Shown here: positions 1 through 9,010 of the stretch, piece by piece
Position numbering within the stretch: position 1 is the first letter of the stretch
Layout of the letters: each line of letters starts with the position of its first letter
DNA from: a virus
Taxonomy: Duplodnaviria; Caudoviricetes
IMG/VR virus record: IMGVR_UViG_3300022407_001435
Coordinates: 1-32,701 of that record
Direction: 5' to 3' (one strand)
Length of the DNA: 32,701 nucleotides
Program-made: the position numbers and the translations under genes
Notes under the pieces: generated by a model
The model's database searches: none
Told to the model about the DNA's origin: nothing
Seen by the model: only the letters and a program-made list of their open reading frames with translations

Positions 1-267
1 AGGTATGTGAATATGGGGCCTGACCCTAATTTTCCAGGTTTGCGTGTTTGTGATCAAGGCTGTCGCGATCAATTTGACCCGTATCGACTGCCGGCACGCC
101 AGCCTGAGAAAATTAGTTTGCGTTTCCCTCGCCCAGACGTCAGCGTTGCGGTTGACCCAGATGGAATTGTTACGTCGTCAGACCAAGACTGGACGCTATC
201 GCCTGAACAAAACACCCAGACGCCGGAGAATAACGGTAATCTGGACAACTTAAGCCCGAGTCCTTAA
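1..267 (+). CDS. 5'-truncated conserved phage protein with Cys motif (DPNFPGLRVC...CRDQFDPYRLPAR...LRFPRPD)
   Basis: Frame is open from base 1, so the true start is probably upstream of the window. Its stop overlaps the next start (TAATG at 265-269). Confidence 0.65.
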   Translation, partial: RYVNMGPDPNFPGLRVCDQGCRDQFDPYRLPARQPEKISLRFPRPDVSVAVDPDGIVTSSDQDWTLSPEQNTQTPENNGNLDNLSPSP

Positions 268-3200
268 TGGCAAATGTAACCATATCCCAACTACCTCAAG
301 CAGGCGCAATCACTGGGACTGAGCTTGTTCCTGTTGTGCAAAACGGGGTTACGGTGCAAACCACGACTGCGGCCATCTCGGCAAGCCCTTCGCAGAACCA
401 GACGTTCCTGACTCAAAATCAGGAATTGACGTTGCCTAACAGCCGGTACTTGTCCACTGGGACGGGTTTGGGCCTGACTGATGGCGGAGCCACATCGTTT
501 TATCGGATCTCGCTTAACGGGGCTTCTGGGAGCCTTGAGGCGGCTGGTACAGGTGTTTTGGTCAAGAACAGCTCAACCACGGTTGTTGCCCGTACTTTAG
601 GAACGTCTGGCGCTGGCATCAGTGTGTCCAATGGCGATGGTACTGGCGCAAACCCCACATTCCAGTTGACTGGCCTTGCAGCGGCAATTGCCAACATCGG
701 CGGTACGGGCATGCTTGCTGTTGTTGGCGGAACCACCATTGCTGGCCGACAGATCACCGGAACCGCAAACCAGATCGGCGTCACCTCTGGAGACGGTAGC
801 GGAAACCCTACGATTTCCATTGTTGACAACGCAATCCTTCCCGGCACTGGCTCGGTGACTATTCCCGTTGGAACCAACGTACAGCAGCCAGTTGGCGCTG
901 CAGGTCAATTCCGCTTCAATAGCGACACCCAGACATTTGACGGGTTTGCTTCCGGTACTTGGAGCCAGTTCTCTTTGGTTGGTGGTGTGACTTCTTTTGC
1001 CGGTGGTGCAACGGGCTTGACGCCCACAGCAGCCACTGGCGGCGCGATCATTTTGGGTGGCACTTTGGTGCCTGCAAGCGGTGGCACTGGAGCAAACTCT
1101 TTGACGGGTTATGTCAAAGGCAACGGCACATCCGCCATGACGGCCAGCCCGACCGTGCCGACCAGCGACTTGTCCGGCACGGTGAGCAACGGCCAACTGG
1201 CAAACAGCTCTTTGACTGTCAACGGGACTTCAATCTCGTTGGGTGGTTCTGGAACGATCACCGCAGCAAGCCCAAATGCACTGACTATTAGCACGGGCCT
1301 GAGCGGCACCAGCTACAACGGATCTTCTGCCGTTACGGTGGCAATTTCCAACACTGGCGTCACGGCTGGCTCGTATGGCGGCTCCAGCAAGACGCTGACT
1401 GGCACAGTCAATGCTCAGGGCCAGCTCACTGCGCTGTCTGAGTCCAACATTGCAATTTCTAACGCGCAGGTTTCTGGCCTTGGCACGATGTCAACCCAGA
1501 ACGCCAACAACGTGGCTGTGACGGGTGGTTCCATCAACGGCACAACAGTTGGCGCATCAACTGCTGCAGCGGGTACTTTTACCTCGGTAACCACTACCAC
1601 GGGAACAATCAGCACTACGCCAGTCAATTCCACCGACATTGTCAACAAGTCCTACGTTGATACGCTGGTTGCTCAAGGCATTCACTTCCATCAGCCTGTT
1701 CGCGTTGAGTCTCCGTTCAACTTGAGCGCAACGTACAACAACGGCTCTTCTGGGGTTGGCGCAACTTTGACCAACGCAGACACTCAGGCCGCGCTGGTGC
1801 TTGACGGTGTGACCGTCAGTGTGGCTGACCGGGTTCTGATCTACCAGCAAACCAACCAAACGCAGAACGGCATCTACGTGGTCACAAACGTGGGTTCTGG
1901 CGCGTCCAACTGGATCTTGACTCGCTCATCTGATGCAGACACTTACGTCATCAACAGCGCAGCGGGATTAAGTGAAGGCTCGACTGTTTTTGTGCAGCAG
2001 GGCACAACAGGCGCGGGCGAGACCTACACCTGCAACACATCCGGCGTCATCGTTTTTGGTACAACCAACATCTCGTTTGCCCAGATTTCGTCGGCGCAGA
2101 TTTACAGCGCAGGAACAGGTCTGACGCTTACAGGAACGCAGTTCAGCATCACAAACACTGCTGTGACTGCGGCCAGCTACGGAACAGCATCGAGCACGCC
2201 TACTCTTGCAATCAACGCGCAAGGTCAGGTGACCAGCGCCAGCAACACAGCAATTGCGATCAATGCCAACCAGATCACATCTGGTGCGGTGACCAACGCT
2301 CAACTGCAAAACAGCGCTATCACTGTTAATGGCTCATCCATCTCTCTGGGTGGGTCTGCGACCATTACGGCGCCCAATCCAAATGCCTTGACCATCGGCA
2401 CAGGATTGACCGGAACGAGCTACGACGGCTCTGCTGCGGTTACCGTGGCCTTGGCTACCTCTGGCGTTTCTGCTGCGACCTACGGCTCTGCATCGCAGGT
2501 TCCTGTGTTTGCTGTTGACACCTACGGTCGCGTGACTTCGGTCACCAACACTTCGATTGCCATCGCTGCTGGCGCTGTATCAGGCCTTGCAGCCTCTGCA
2601 ACGACCGACACCACCAATGCAGCCAACATTACCTCTGGAACGCTTCCAACGGGCCGTATCAGCGGATCCTACACCGGCATCACCGCTGTTGGGACTCTGA
2701 CCGCTGGAACTTGGAATGCGACAGCAATTGGCGTTGCTTATGGCGGAACCGGCCTGACTGCAACACCAACCAACGGCCAGCTTGCAATTGGTAACGGGAC
2801 GGGCTACTCGCTGGCGACTTTGACCGCTGGTGGCAACGTATCAATCACCAATTCTGCTGGCGGCATCACCATCAGCGCCACCCCTGCTGCTGGCGGCACG
2901 GTCACCAGTGTTGCCGGATCTGGCGGCACGACAGGCTTGACCTTGAGCGGTGGCCCGATCACCGTCTCGGGCACATTGACCCTTGGCGGTACTTTGGTCC
3001 CAGCAAACGGCGGAACAGGTGCAACGACTCTGACTGGTTACGTCAAGGGCGTCGGCACGAGTACCATGACGGCCTCTGCAACAATTCCCAGCACGGACAT
3101 CACAGGTCTTGGGACTATGTCAACGCAGGCGGCAAGTGCTGTTGCGATCACTGGTGGCACCATCAACGGGGCTACTGTTGGCGCTACCACGGCAGCAACG

Positions 3201-4184
3201 GTTCGCGGAACAACCATCACTGCCACCACGCAGTTCACTGGCTCTGGCGCTGGCCTGACCAGCATCCCGAACTCGGCCACCACAGCAACCAACGCAAATA
3301 CGGCTTCCACAATTGTGGCGCGTGACGCCTCGGGCAACTTCACTGCTGGCACGATCACTGCGGCACTGAGTGGTAACGCTACGACAGCCACCACAGCGGC
3401 CAACGTCAATAATGGCACGCTCACAATGAACGTGTCGGGCACGGGCCTGTCGGGGTCTCAGACATTTACAGCCAACCAGTCCGCTGCCGCCACATTCACC
3501 GTCACATCGAACGCAACCAACGCAAACACCGCCTCGACCATCGTGGCCCGAGATGCCTCGGGTAACTTCACTGCGGGCACGATCACTGCGGCTTTAACGG
3601 GTACAGCATCGGGCAACTTGGCTTTGGCTGGCGGCACCATGACAGGCCAGATCACTACCCGAGTGGCATCTGGGGCGACACCCATTGTTAGTGGCAGCGG
3701 GTCAAATGCTTTGCAAGTGATGGGGGACGGGACCAACGGCGCGTATATGTCTTTCCATAGAAGTGGCGCTTACGCGATCAACTTTGGCATGGATACCAGC
3801 AACGTGGTATCTCTTGGCGGCTGGAGTGACGGGGCTACCTCCCGTTGGACATCCGACACTTCTGGAAACTTTGTAGCGCGGGGCAACGTCACGGCCTACT
3901 CTGACGAGCGCCTGAAAAAAGACTGGGCACCTGTTGCGAAAGATTTTGTAGAGCGTCTGGCAAAAGTTAAGCACGGTACGTACACCCGCACCGACTCCGA
4001 AGAACGGCAGGCTGGCGTATCCGCGCAAGAATGGCAGAAGTTGTTGGCTGAAACCGTGTTAACGAGCGCTGATGGGTTTCTGTCAGTTGCATATGGCAAC
4101 GCAGCTCTGGTTGCTGCTGTAAAGTTGGCCGAGCGTGTTGTCGCACTCGAAGCCCGGTTAGCCGCCCTTGAGGCGAAAGGATAA
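267..4184 (+). CDS. Long tail fibre protein with C-terminal intramolecular chaperone (peptidase S74-type) domain
   Basis: 1305 aa, G/T/S/A-rich, with repeated fibre modules. The C-terminus has GNVTAY|SDERLKKD, G..AQE and a terminal coiled coil (LAERVVALEARLAALE), typical of autocleaved chaperones. Confidence 0.9.
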   Translation: MANVTISQLPQAGAITGTELVPVVQNGVTVQTTTAAISASPSQNQTFLTQNQELTLPNSRYLSTGTGLGLTDGGATSFYRISLNGASGSLEAAGTGVLVKNSSTTVVARTLGTSGAGISVSNGDGTGANPTFQLTGLAAAIANIGGTGMLAVVGGTTIAGRQITGTANQIGVTSGDGSGNPTISIVDNAILPGTGSVTIPVGTNVQQPVGAAGQFRFNSDTQTFDGFASGTWSQFSLVGGVTSFAGGATGLTPTAATGGAIILGGTLVPASGGTGANSLTGYVKGNGTSAMTASPTVPTSDLSGTVSNGQLANSSLTVNGTSISLGGSGTITAASPNALTISTGLSGTSYNGSSAVTVAISNTGVTAGSYGGSSKTLTGTVNAQGQLTALSESNIAISNAQVSGLGTMSTQNANNVAVTGGSINGTTVGASTAAAGTFTSVTTTTGTISTTPVNSTDIVNKSYVDTLVAQGIHFHQPVRVESPFNLSATYNNGSSGVGATLTNADTQAALVLDGVTVSVADRVLIYQQTNQTQNGIYVVTNVGSGASNWILTRSSDADTYVINSAAGLSEGSTVFVQQGTTGAGETYTCNTSGVIVFGTTNISFAQISSAQIYSAGTGLTLTGTQFSITNTAVTAASYGTASSTPTLAINAQGQVTSASNTAIAINANQITSGAVTNAQLQNSAITVNGSSISLGGSATITAPNPNALTIGTGLTGTSYDGSAAVTVALATSGVSAATYGSASQVPVFAVDTYGRVTSVTNTSIAIAAGAVSGLAASATTDTTNAANITSGTLPTGRISGSYTGITAVGTLTAGTWNATAIGVAYGGTGLTATPTNGQLAIGNGTGYSLATLTAGGNVSITNSAGGITISATPAAGGTVTSVAGSGGTTGLTLSGGPITVSGTLTLGGTLVPANGGTGATTLTGYVKGVGTSTMTASATIPSTDITGLGTMSTQAASAVAITGGTINGATVGATTAATVRGTTITATTQFTGSGAGLTSIPNSATTATNANTASTIVARDASGNFTAGTITAALSGNATTATTAANVNNGTLTMNVSGTGLSGSQTFTANQSAAATFTVTSNATNANTASTIVARDASGNFTAGTITAALTGTASGNLALAGGTMTGQITTRVASGATPIVSGSGSNALQVMGDGTNGAYMSFHRSGAYAINFGMDTSNVVSLGGWSDGATSRWTSDTSGNFVARGNVTAYSDERLKKDWAPVAKDFVERLAKVKHGTYTRTDSEERQAGVSAQEWQKLLAETVLTSADGFLSVAYGNAALVAAVKLAERVVALEARLAALEAKG
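3285..3596 (+). repeat. Two copies (3285-3368, 3513-3596) of a 28-codon module ATNANTASTIVARDASGNFTAGTITAAL
   Basis: The peptide is identical in both copies; 13 of 28 codons differ, all synonymously. Confidence 0.9.
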
Positions 4185-4186
4185 GC

Positions 4187-4798
4187 ATGGCACAGTCTGG
4201 ATTCACTCCAATTCAGCTCTACAGCAGCTCAACGGCTGCTGCTTTGCCCATCGCGGGTAATCTTGCTGCTGGTGAACTTGCAATCAACACGGTTGACGAA
4301 AAGCTGTATTTTAAAAACTCTGCTGGCACGGTTAAGCTGATTGCCGCCAATGTGACTCCGGTTGCCAATGGCGGTTCTGCTGCAACGACCGCAGCCGCAG
4401 CCCGGACCAACTTTGGTGCAACGACGCTGGGTGCAAACCTGTTCATCATCACCAATCCGAGCGCGGTAACGTTCCCTCGGTTCAACGCGGACAACACCGT
4501 CTCTTCCCTGAACGCTGCTGACTTCCGTGCGGCCATCGGCGCAGGCTCTGGCGGCGGCTCTGTGACTTCGGTTGCAGGCACCGGTTCAGCCAACGGCCTG
4601 ACGCTCTCGGGCACCGTAACATCTTCGGGCAACATCACACTGGGCGGCTCCGTCACAAGCCTGACAACAGCCAACTTCACAATCGTGCAAGAGAGCGGTA
4701 AGCTCGTGATCAAGTACGGCGCTACGGTGATTGCATCGTTCAGCAGCACAGGCGCTTTGATCTCCGCAGACAACATCACCGCCTACGGCACCCCATAA
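4187..4798 (+). CDS. Short tail fibre/spike protein with Mtd-N/hyaluronidase-N-like virion attachment domain
   Basis: RBS AAAGGA. N-terminal P...L..GELAINT.DEKLYFKN motif. Shares an SVTSVAG...GLTLSG...LGG module with the long fibre. Confidence 0.7.
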   Translation: MAQSGFTPIQLYSSSTAAALPIAGNLAAGELAINTVDEKLYFKNSAGTVKLIAANVTPVANGGSAATTAAAARTNFGATTLGANLFIITNPSAVTFPRFNADNTVSSLNAADFRAAIGAGSGGGSVTSVAGTGSANGLTLSGTVTSSGNITLGGSVTSLTTANFTIVQESGKLVIKYGATVIASFSSTGALISADNITAYGTP

Positions 4799-4807
4799 GG
4801 AGCAAGC

Positions 4808-5743
4808 ATGACAATGCCATCAAGCGGCGCTCTCAATATGGGGGGCACATCAAGCCCGGTCAGTGTTGCGCAAGAACTTGGCCTGAGCCTGACCGCAACC
4901 ATCACGATGAACCAAACCAACGTCCGTACTTTGGCAGGCGTTAGCACAACCAGCGGCGCAACGTGGAGCATGAGTTCGCTGTACGGGAAATCCAATACTT
5001 ACACAATTGAGTATTTGGTTGTTGCTGGCGGGGGTGGTGGTGGTAGTGGGGCCGGGTCAACTTATGCGTCGGGCAGGGGTGCGGGTGGCGCTGGTGCTGG
5101 CGGTTACCAATCGTTATCGGCTTCTGTGGCCCCTTCCACATCGCTTGGCGTGACTATCGGTTCTGGGGGGGCAACTGCTACTCAAGGAACAAACTCAATT
5201 TTTAATAGCGTAACTTCTTTGGGTGGGGCTAGAGGAGCAAACGGTAATGAGGCAGCTTTTTCTGGTGGTTCTGGTGGTGGCGGTGGAGGCGCAAGCGTTT
5301 TTATAGCGGGGGGCGCGGGTACACCCGGGCAAGGCAATGACGGTGGCGACAATGCCGGTAGCCAATCTGGCGGCGGCGGTGGCGGCGCAGGCGCAGTTGG
5401 CACTTCAGCGGTAGGGGGTAACGGCTCTACATGGCTAGACGGCACAACCTACGCTGGCGGCGGCGGCATTGGCGCAAAAGCGCTTGTGACTTACACCCCC
5501 GCTGGTACTGGTGGTGGTGGTAGTGGTGGTGGTACAAACGTCTCTGGTCTTCCGGGAACAGCAAACACTGGCGGCGGCGGTGGCGGCGGGGGTGCTCGTA
5601 GTGGCACAACAGGTGGCGCTGGTGGTTCCGGGGTTGTCATCATCCGTTATGCAGGAGCAACACGCGGTTCGGGGGGGACCATCACTTCCGCTGGCGGATA
5701 CACCTACCACACGTTTACTTCTTCTGGGACATTTGTATCATGA
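4808..5743 (+). CDS. Glycine-rich tail-tip adhesin / receptor-binding protein
   Basis: RBS AAGGAG. N-terminal PSSG...ELG...RTLAG...SSLYGKS segment, then YLVVAGGGGGG...GGSGVVIIRY...HTFTSSGTF glycine-rich domain. Confidence 0.7.
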   Translation: MTMPSSGALNMGGTSSPVSVAQELGLSLTATITMNQTNVRTLAGVSTTSGATWSMSSLYGKSNTYTIEYLVVAGGGGGGSGAGSTYASGRGAGGAGAGGYQSLSASVAPSTSLGVTIGSGGATATQGTNSIFNSVTSLGGARGANGNEAAFSGGSGGGGGGASVFIAGGAGTPGQGNDGGDNAGSQSGGGGGGAGAVGTSAVGGNGSTWLDGTTYAGGGGIGAKALVTYTPAGTGGGGSGGGTNVSGLPGTANTGGGGGGGGARSGTTGGAGGSGVVIIRYAGATRGSGGTITSAGGYTYHTFTSSGTFVS

Positions 5744-6168
5744 GCAACTTTGCCCAAATTGACGAGAACAACATCGTCCAGCGGGTGCTGGTTATAGACC
5801 AAGCTGAGATTGACACTGGAAACTGGGGTGACCCCGCCAGCTTTGTGCAGACCAGCTACAACACCCGAGGCGGTATTTATTACACCCCCAACACAAATGC
5901 GCCCGACCCCGATCAATCCAAAGCGTTCCGCAAGAACTATGCAGGTGTAGGTTATTTCTGGATTCCTGACGGTCCAGAAGGCGCTGGATTTGCTCCGCCC
6001 AAACAATACCCATCATGGGTTTTGAACAGTTTTTCATACTTGTGGGAAGCGCCAATCCCAATGCCCATACCAAACACCCCGCCGTTTTATGAGTGGGATG
6101 AAGCTACTCTGTCTTGGGTTGTTGCTTCCATCAATCCTGCGGAATCAATTCCTGTAACGGAGCTTTAA
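5740..6168 (+). CDS. Conserved phage protein (FAQIDENNIV...QTSYN...FRKNYAG...PSW), likely tail-fibre assembly/partner protein
   Basis: ATGA overlap with the glycine-rich gene. This motif set commonly follows glycine-rich fibre genes. Confidence 0.6.
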   Translation: MSNFAQIDENNIVQRVLVIDQAEIDTGNWGDPASFVQTSYNTRGGIYYTPNTNAPDPDQSKAFRKNYAGVGYFWIPDGPEGAGFAPPKQYPSWVLNSFSYLWEAPIPMPIPNTPPFYEWDEATLSWVVASINPAESIPVTEL

Positions 6169-6169
6169 A

Positions 6170-6532
6170 ATGCAAGAACCTACTGTAAAAATTAGCTGCG
6201 TCCACAATCTTTTTGCCCGCATGATGCACTTTGCAAAAGCGGGAGATACTGAGATTGGGCATACGCATCAGTTCGATCACGCAACTCTTGTCGCTCATGG
6301 TTCTGTTTTGGTGCGGTGCCGTGGCAAAGAAACTGTTTTTAAAGCTCCGCACCTTATTTGGATTGCAGCGGAGTTAAGGCACGAACTTGTTGCGCAAGAG
6401 GATGAAACGGTCTGCGTTTGCTTGCACACGGTTGAAAGCGCACATATGGGCGGTGAAATTGTTTCGCCAGACATGATCCCGGCTGGCGCTGAAGAATCGT
6501 TTGCCCGTAGCACTTCTGGAGAAACAGCATGA
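6170..6532 (+). CDS. Cupin-fold protein
   Basis: RBS GGAG. Cupin motif GHTHQFDH...HG followed by I.A...HELVA...CLH. Confidence 0.7.
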   Translation: MQEPTVKISCVHNLFARMMHFAKAGDTEIGHTHQFDHATLVAHGSVLVRCRGKETVFKAPHLIWIAAELRHELVAQEDETVCVCLHTVESAHMGGEIVSPDMIPAGAEESFARSTSGETA

Positions 6533-7074
6533 AATTGATTGCCATCATCCTCTGCGCCCTGTCCCTAACAGGTTGCGCCCACGAATACGCCGCTTATGCC
6601 GAGGCCCACAAAGCCCAAGCATCGGCCCAGACAGCCCGCTACCAAGCCCTGGCCGAGATTGCCCGACAAGGCGACACCACGGCCAAAGTTGCGGCGGTTA
6701 TGAGCCTGCAGATGGGCAGCGCCCAGCAGAACACGCAGATCAATGCACCCAAGAGCTGGGCTGACTACGCCCTGCAGTGGACTGGCCTGTTGCTGCCGAC
6801 ATTCGGTCAGGTGTACACCATCAACAAACAGACCTCCTTGGGCATGCGTCAATCCGACAATGCCACAGCTCTGGGTATCAGCACCAACGCAGCGTTTGTC
6901 GGTATCGCCTCCAAGATTCAAGCGCCAGCAGCCAATATAACCACCACCACCACAACAAACACTGACAGCACCCATGCTCCAACTGTTGTGACTCAGCCTG
7001 CGCCTATCGTGGTTACTCAACCAGCCCCTTTGGTTGTACCGACTACCGTCAACAACATTACGCAATCACCATAA
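6529..7074 (+). CDS. Predicted lipoprotein
   Basis: ATGA overlap. Signal peptide MKLIAIILCALS followed by lipobox LTG|C. Thr/Pro-rich C-terminus with VVTQPAP repeats. Confidence 0.7.
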   Translation: MKLIAIILCALSLTGCAHEYAAYAEAHKAQASAQTARYQALAEIARQGDTTAKVAAVMSLQMGSAQQNTQINAPKSWADYALQWTGLLLPTFGQVYTINKQTSLGMRQSDNATALGISTNAAFVGIASKIQAPAANITTTTTTNTDSTHAPTVVTQPAPIVVTQPAPLVVPTTVNNITQSP

Positions 7075-7090
7075 AAGATTTGGAAAATTC

Positions 7091-7258
7091 ATGATCGTCT
7101 TACAAAACCTCACCATTGATGAAATCAACCTGATCCTTGCTGGCCTCAGTGAGCTGCCAACAAAATCAGGGGCCTACCCTGTTGCGATAAAAATCAAAAC
7201 ACAGGCCGATGCTCAATTAACCCCTCAAGAACCAGAAACCGGGAAAGAGGGTGAATGA
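7091..7258 (+). CDS. Small hypothetical protein (55 aa)
   Basis: Start reassigned to ATG 7091 (GGA upstream, no overlap with the previous gene). LTIDEINLILAGLSELP motif. ATGA overlap with the next gene. Confidence 0.6.
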   Translation: MIVLQNLTIDEINLILAGLSELPTKSGAYPVAIKIKTQADAQLTPQEPETGKEGE

Positions 7259-7458
7259 TGTCGGAGGAATCAATGGAGACAAGAATGTCTGTTCATGAAG
7301 CCGTCTGCGCCCAACGATACGAGAAGATCAACCAATCTTTAGACGCTGGCGAAAAGCGCATGACCAAGATTGAATATCTCTTGTACGGGGTGATTGCTGC
7401 CGTCTTGCTCGGCCCCGGTGTTGCGGCTGAATTTATTAAAAAGTTTTTTGGACTCTGA
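7255..7458 (+). CDS. Small membrane protein (coiled coil plus C-terminal TM helix); holin/XhlA-like candidate
   Basis: RBS GAGG. HEAVCAQRY motif and hydrophobic LLYGVIAAVLLGPGVAA. Lies upstream of the endolysin. Confidence 0.55.
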   Translation: MMSEESMETRMSVHEAVCAQRYEKINQSLDAGEKRMTKIEYLLYGVIAAVLLGPGVAAEFIKKFFGL

Positions 7459-7460
7459 CC

Positions 7461-7556
7461 ATGAAAGACTGGGCCGTCGCAATGATTGCAGCGGCCCTTC
7501 TGATTGGGTTGGCCCTATGGTGTACCCGAGTTTTTATTTGGAGTTTTTATGGTTGA
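7461..7556 (+). CDS. 31-aa single-TM microprotein MKDWAVAMIAAALLIGLALWCTRVFIWSFYG (not in ORF track)
   Basis: Exactly fills the gap between neighbours. Its stop overlaps the next start (ATGGTTGA). One clean hydrophobic helix. Confidence 0.55.
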   Translation: MKDWAVAMIAAALLIGLALWCTRVFIWSFYG

Positions 7557-8004
7557 CCTCACCAAAGCCATTGGAGCCGTTGCCGCAAGCGTTGCCGCGC
7601 TAGGTGGCAGTTACACGCTGGCCGACAAATTTGGTGTGTTTGACCGGGCCATCATTGAATGGTCGCCAGAGAATTTTAAGATCGTGGCAGAGGCTGGACA
7701 GCCCATCAACGTGACGGTTGCGCGGATCAAGAAGCGTGACGACTGCTCTGTTGAGAGTTTTACGCCGAGCATCCGTGATGCAGCGGGTATGGTGCATGAG
7801 GCCACAACCACTGCCAGTAAATTTAGCGGACCTGCAGGGCCGGAGATCGACACCTTCACCTATCAGCTCACGATGGTAAGAAAAGAAAAAATCGCCAGCG
7901 GTAAGGCAACTCTGCTGGCGACCATTAAATACAAGTGTCCCGAGGGAGAGCGCGTGGTGCAGTATCCCCGCCACACCAACCTTAGTTTTGAATTAAAAGG
8001 GTAA
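7549..8004 (+). CDS. Hypothetical protein with N-terminal membrane anchor and beta-rich domain containing two Cys
   Basis: Start reassigned to ATG 7549, which has a GGAG RBS upstream. Lies within the lysis cassette. Confidence 0.6.
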   Translation: MVDLTKAIGAVAASVAALGGSYTLADKFGVFDRAIIEWSPENFKIVAEAGQPINVTVARIKKRDDCSVESFTPSIRDAAGMVHEATTTASKFSGPAGPEIDTFTYQLTMVRKEKIASGKATLLATIKYKCPEGERVVQYPRHTNLSFELKG

Positions 8005-8008
8005 AGCA

Positions 8009-8524
8009 ATGGCACAGTTTGAACCTGCTTTTGAACTCATGATGGTTGACGAGGGCGGCTACGTCCTCCACGATGTTCCCGGCGACACCGGGGGTATGAC
8101 CTATGCGGGCATTGCCCGGAACAAAAACCCGCAGTGGCCCGGATGGGCGCTGGTGGACAAGAAAGAGTTTGGCGGTGCTTTAACGCCCATGGTGCGCGAG
8201 TTCTACCGTGTGGAGTTTTGGGACAAGATGCGCGGCAACGAGATCAACAATCAAGACGTAGCCAACACCATCTTCAACTTTGGTGTAAACGCTGGCATGG
8301 GCATGGCTGTGAAGCTGGCACAGCTTGTGGTGGGCGCAACCCCTGATGGAGGTATCGGTGCCAAGACGGTAGAGCGCTTAAACCTGATACCTGACGGCCA
8401 GCGGTTCAAGGAGCAGTACGCCTTAGCCAAGATCGCCCGGTACGTGGAGATTTGCAACAAAAACCCGGTGCAGGTCAAGTTCCTCAAGGGATGGTTGAAC
8501 CGCACACTGAAAGGTCTGAAATGA
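8009..8524 (+). CDS. Endolysin, glycoside hydrolase family 108 with C-terminal peptidoglycan-binding domain
   Basis: EGGY catalytic motif, D.GG.T.AGI, FY...FWD, FNFGVNAG, DG.IG.KT and F.KGWLNR. Confidence 0.92.
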   Translation: MAQFEPAFELMMVDEGGYVLHDVPGDTGGMTYAGIARNKNPQWPGWALVDKKEFGGALTPMVREFYRVEFWDKMRGNEINNQDVANTIFNFGVNAGMGMAVKLAQLVVGATPDGGIGAKTVERLNLIPDGQRFKEQYALAKIARYVEICNKNPVQVKFLKGWLNRTLKGLK

Positions 8525-8958
8525 ACTTACTTGGCGTTGGATCAATCATTGAAGCGGTTGGCAAAGTTGCCGACGACCTGATCACCACCGACAAAGAGCG
8601 GTTGGAGATGGAGGTTGAGCAGCGCAAGCTTGACCTTGAAGAAAAGCGCATCGACCAAGCCACCGACCTTGCCCAGATAGAGGTCAACAAGGTGGAGGCT
8701 GCAAGCTCCAGCATCTTTGTGTCCGGCTGGCGTCCTGCCATTGGCTGGATCGGCGTTGCGGCTATGGGCTATCAATTTCTGGCCTACCCGCTGTTCCAAT
8801 GGGGCTGGAAGTGGGCGCAGGCAGCAAGTTGGGTGCCTACTGGGTTAGAACCTCCTCCGGTACTGGACGCAGACCAGCTCTGGGTGATACTATCAGGCAT
8901 ATTGGGCATCGCTGGGATGAGGTCTTTTGAGAAAACTAAAGGTGTTGCTGCAAAGTGA
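8521..8958 (+). CDS. 3TM-type holin
   Basis: ATGA overlap with the endolysin stop. QIEVNKVEA..SSIFVSGWRPAIGW and LGIAGMRSFEK motifs. Confidence 0.85.
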   Translation: MNLLGVGSIIEAVGKVADDLITTDKERLEMEVEQRKLDLEEKRIDQATDLAQIEVNKVEAASSSIFVSGWRPAIGWIGVAAMGYQFLAYPLFQWGWKWAQAASWVPTGLEPPPVLDADQLWVILSGILGIAGMRSFEKTKGVAAK

Positions 8959-8983
8959 CAAACACTCGTCTTGAATTTATAAT
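8955..8983 (+). promoter_or_regulatory. Sigma70-type promoter GTGACA-N17-TATAAT
   Basis: -35 matches 5/6 (8955-8960), spacer is exactly 17 bp, -10 is perfect (8978-8983). Lies in the intergenic gap before the adaptor gene. Confidence 0.65.
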
Positions 8984-9010
8984 TGGGCTATTACCTGAAA
9001 GGCATCTAGG

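Noticed and set aside
3285-3596. DGR template/variable repeat pair
   Set aside because: Differences are synonymous third-position changes rather than adenine-specific, both copies are coding, and no reverse transcriptase is in the window.
8452-8520. Longer holin start from the ORF track (and similar extended starts at 7034, 7504, 26716, 28134, 32638)
   Set aside because: Downstream starts have RBSs or stop/start coupling and avoid long overlaps.
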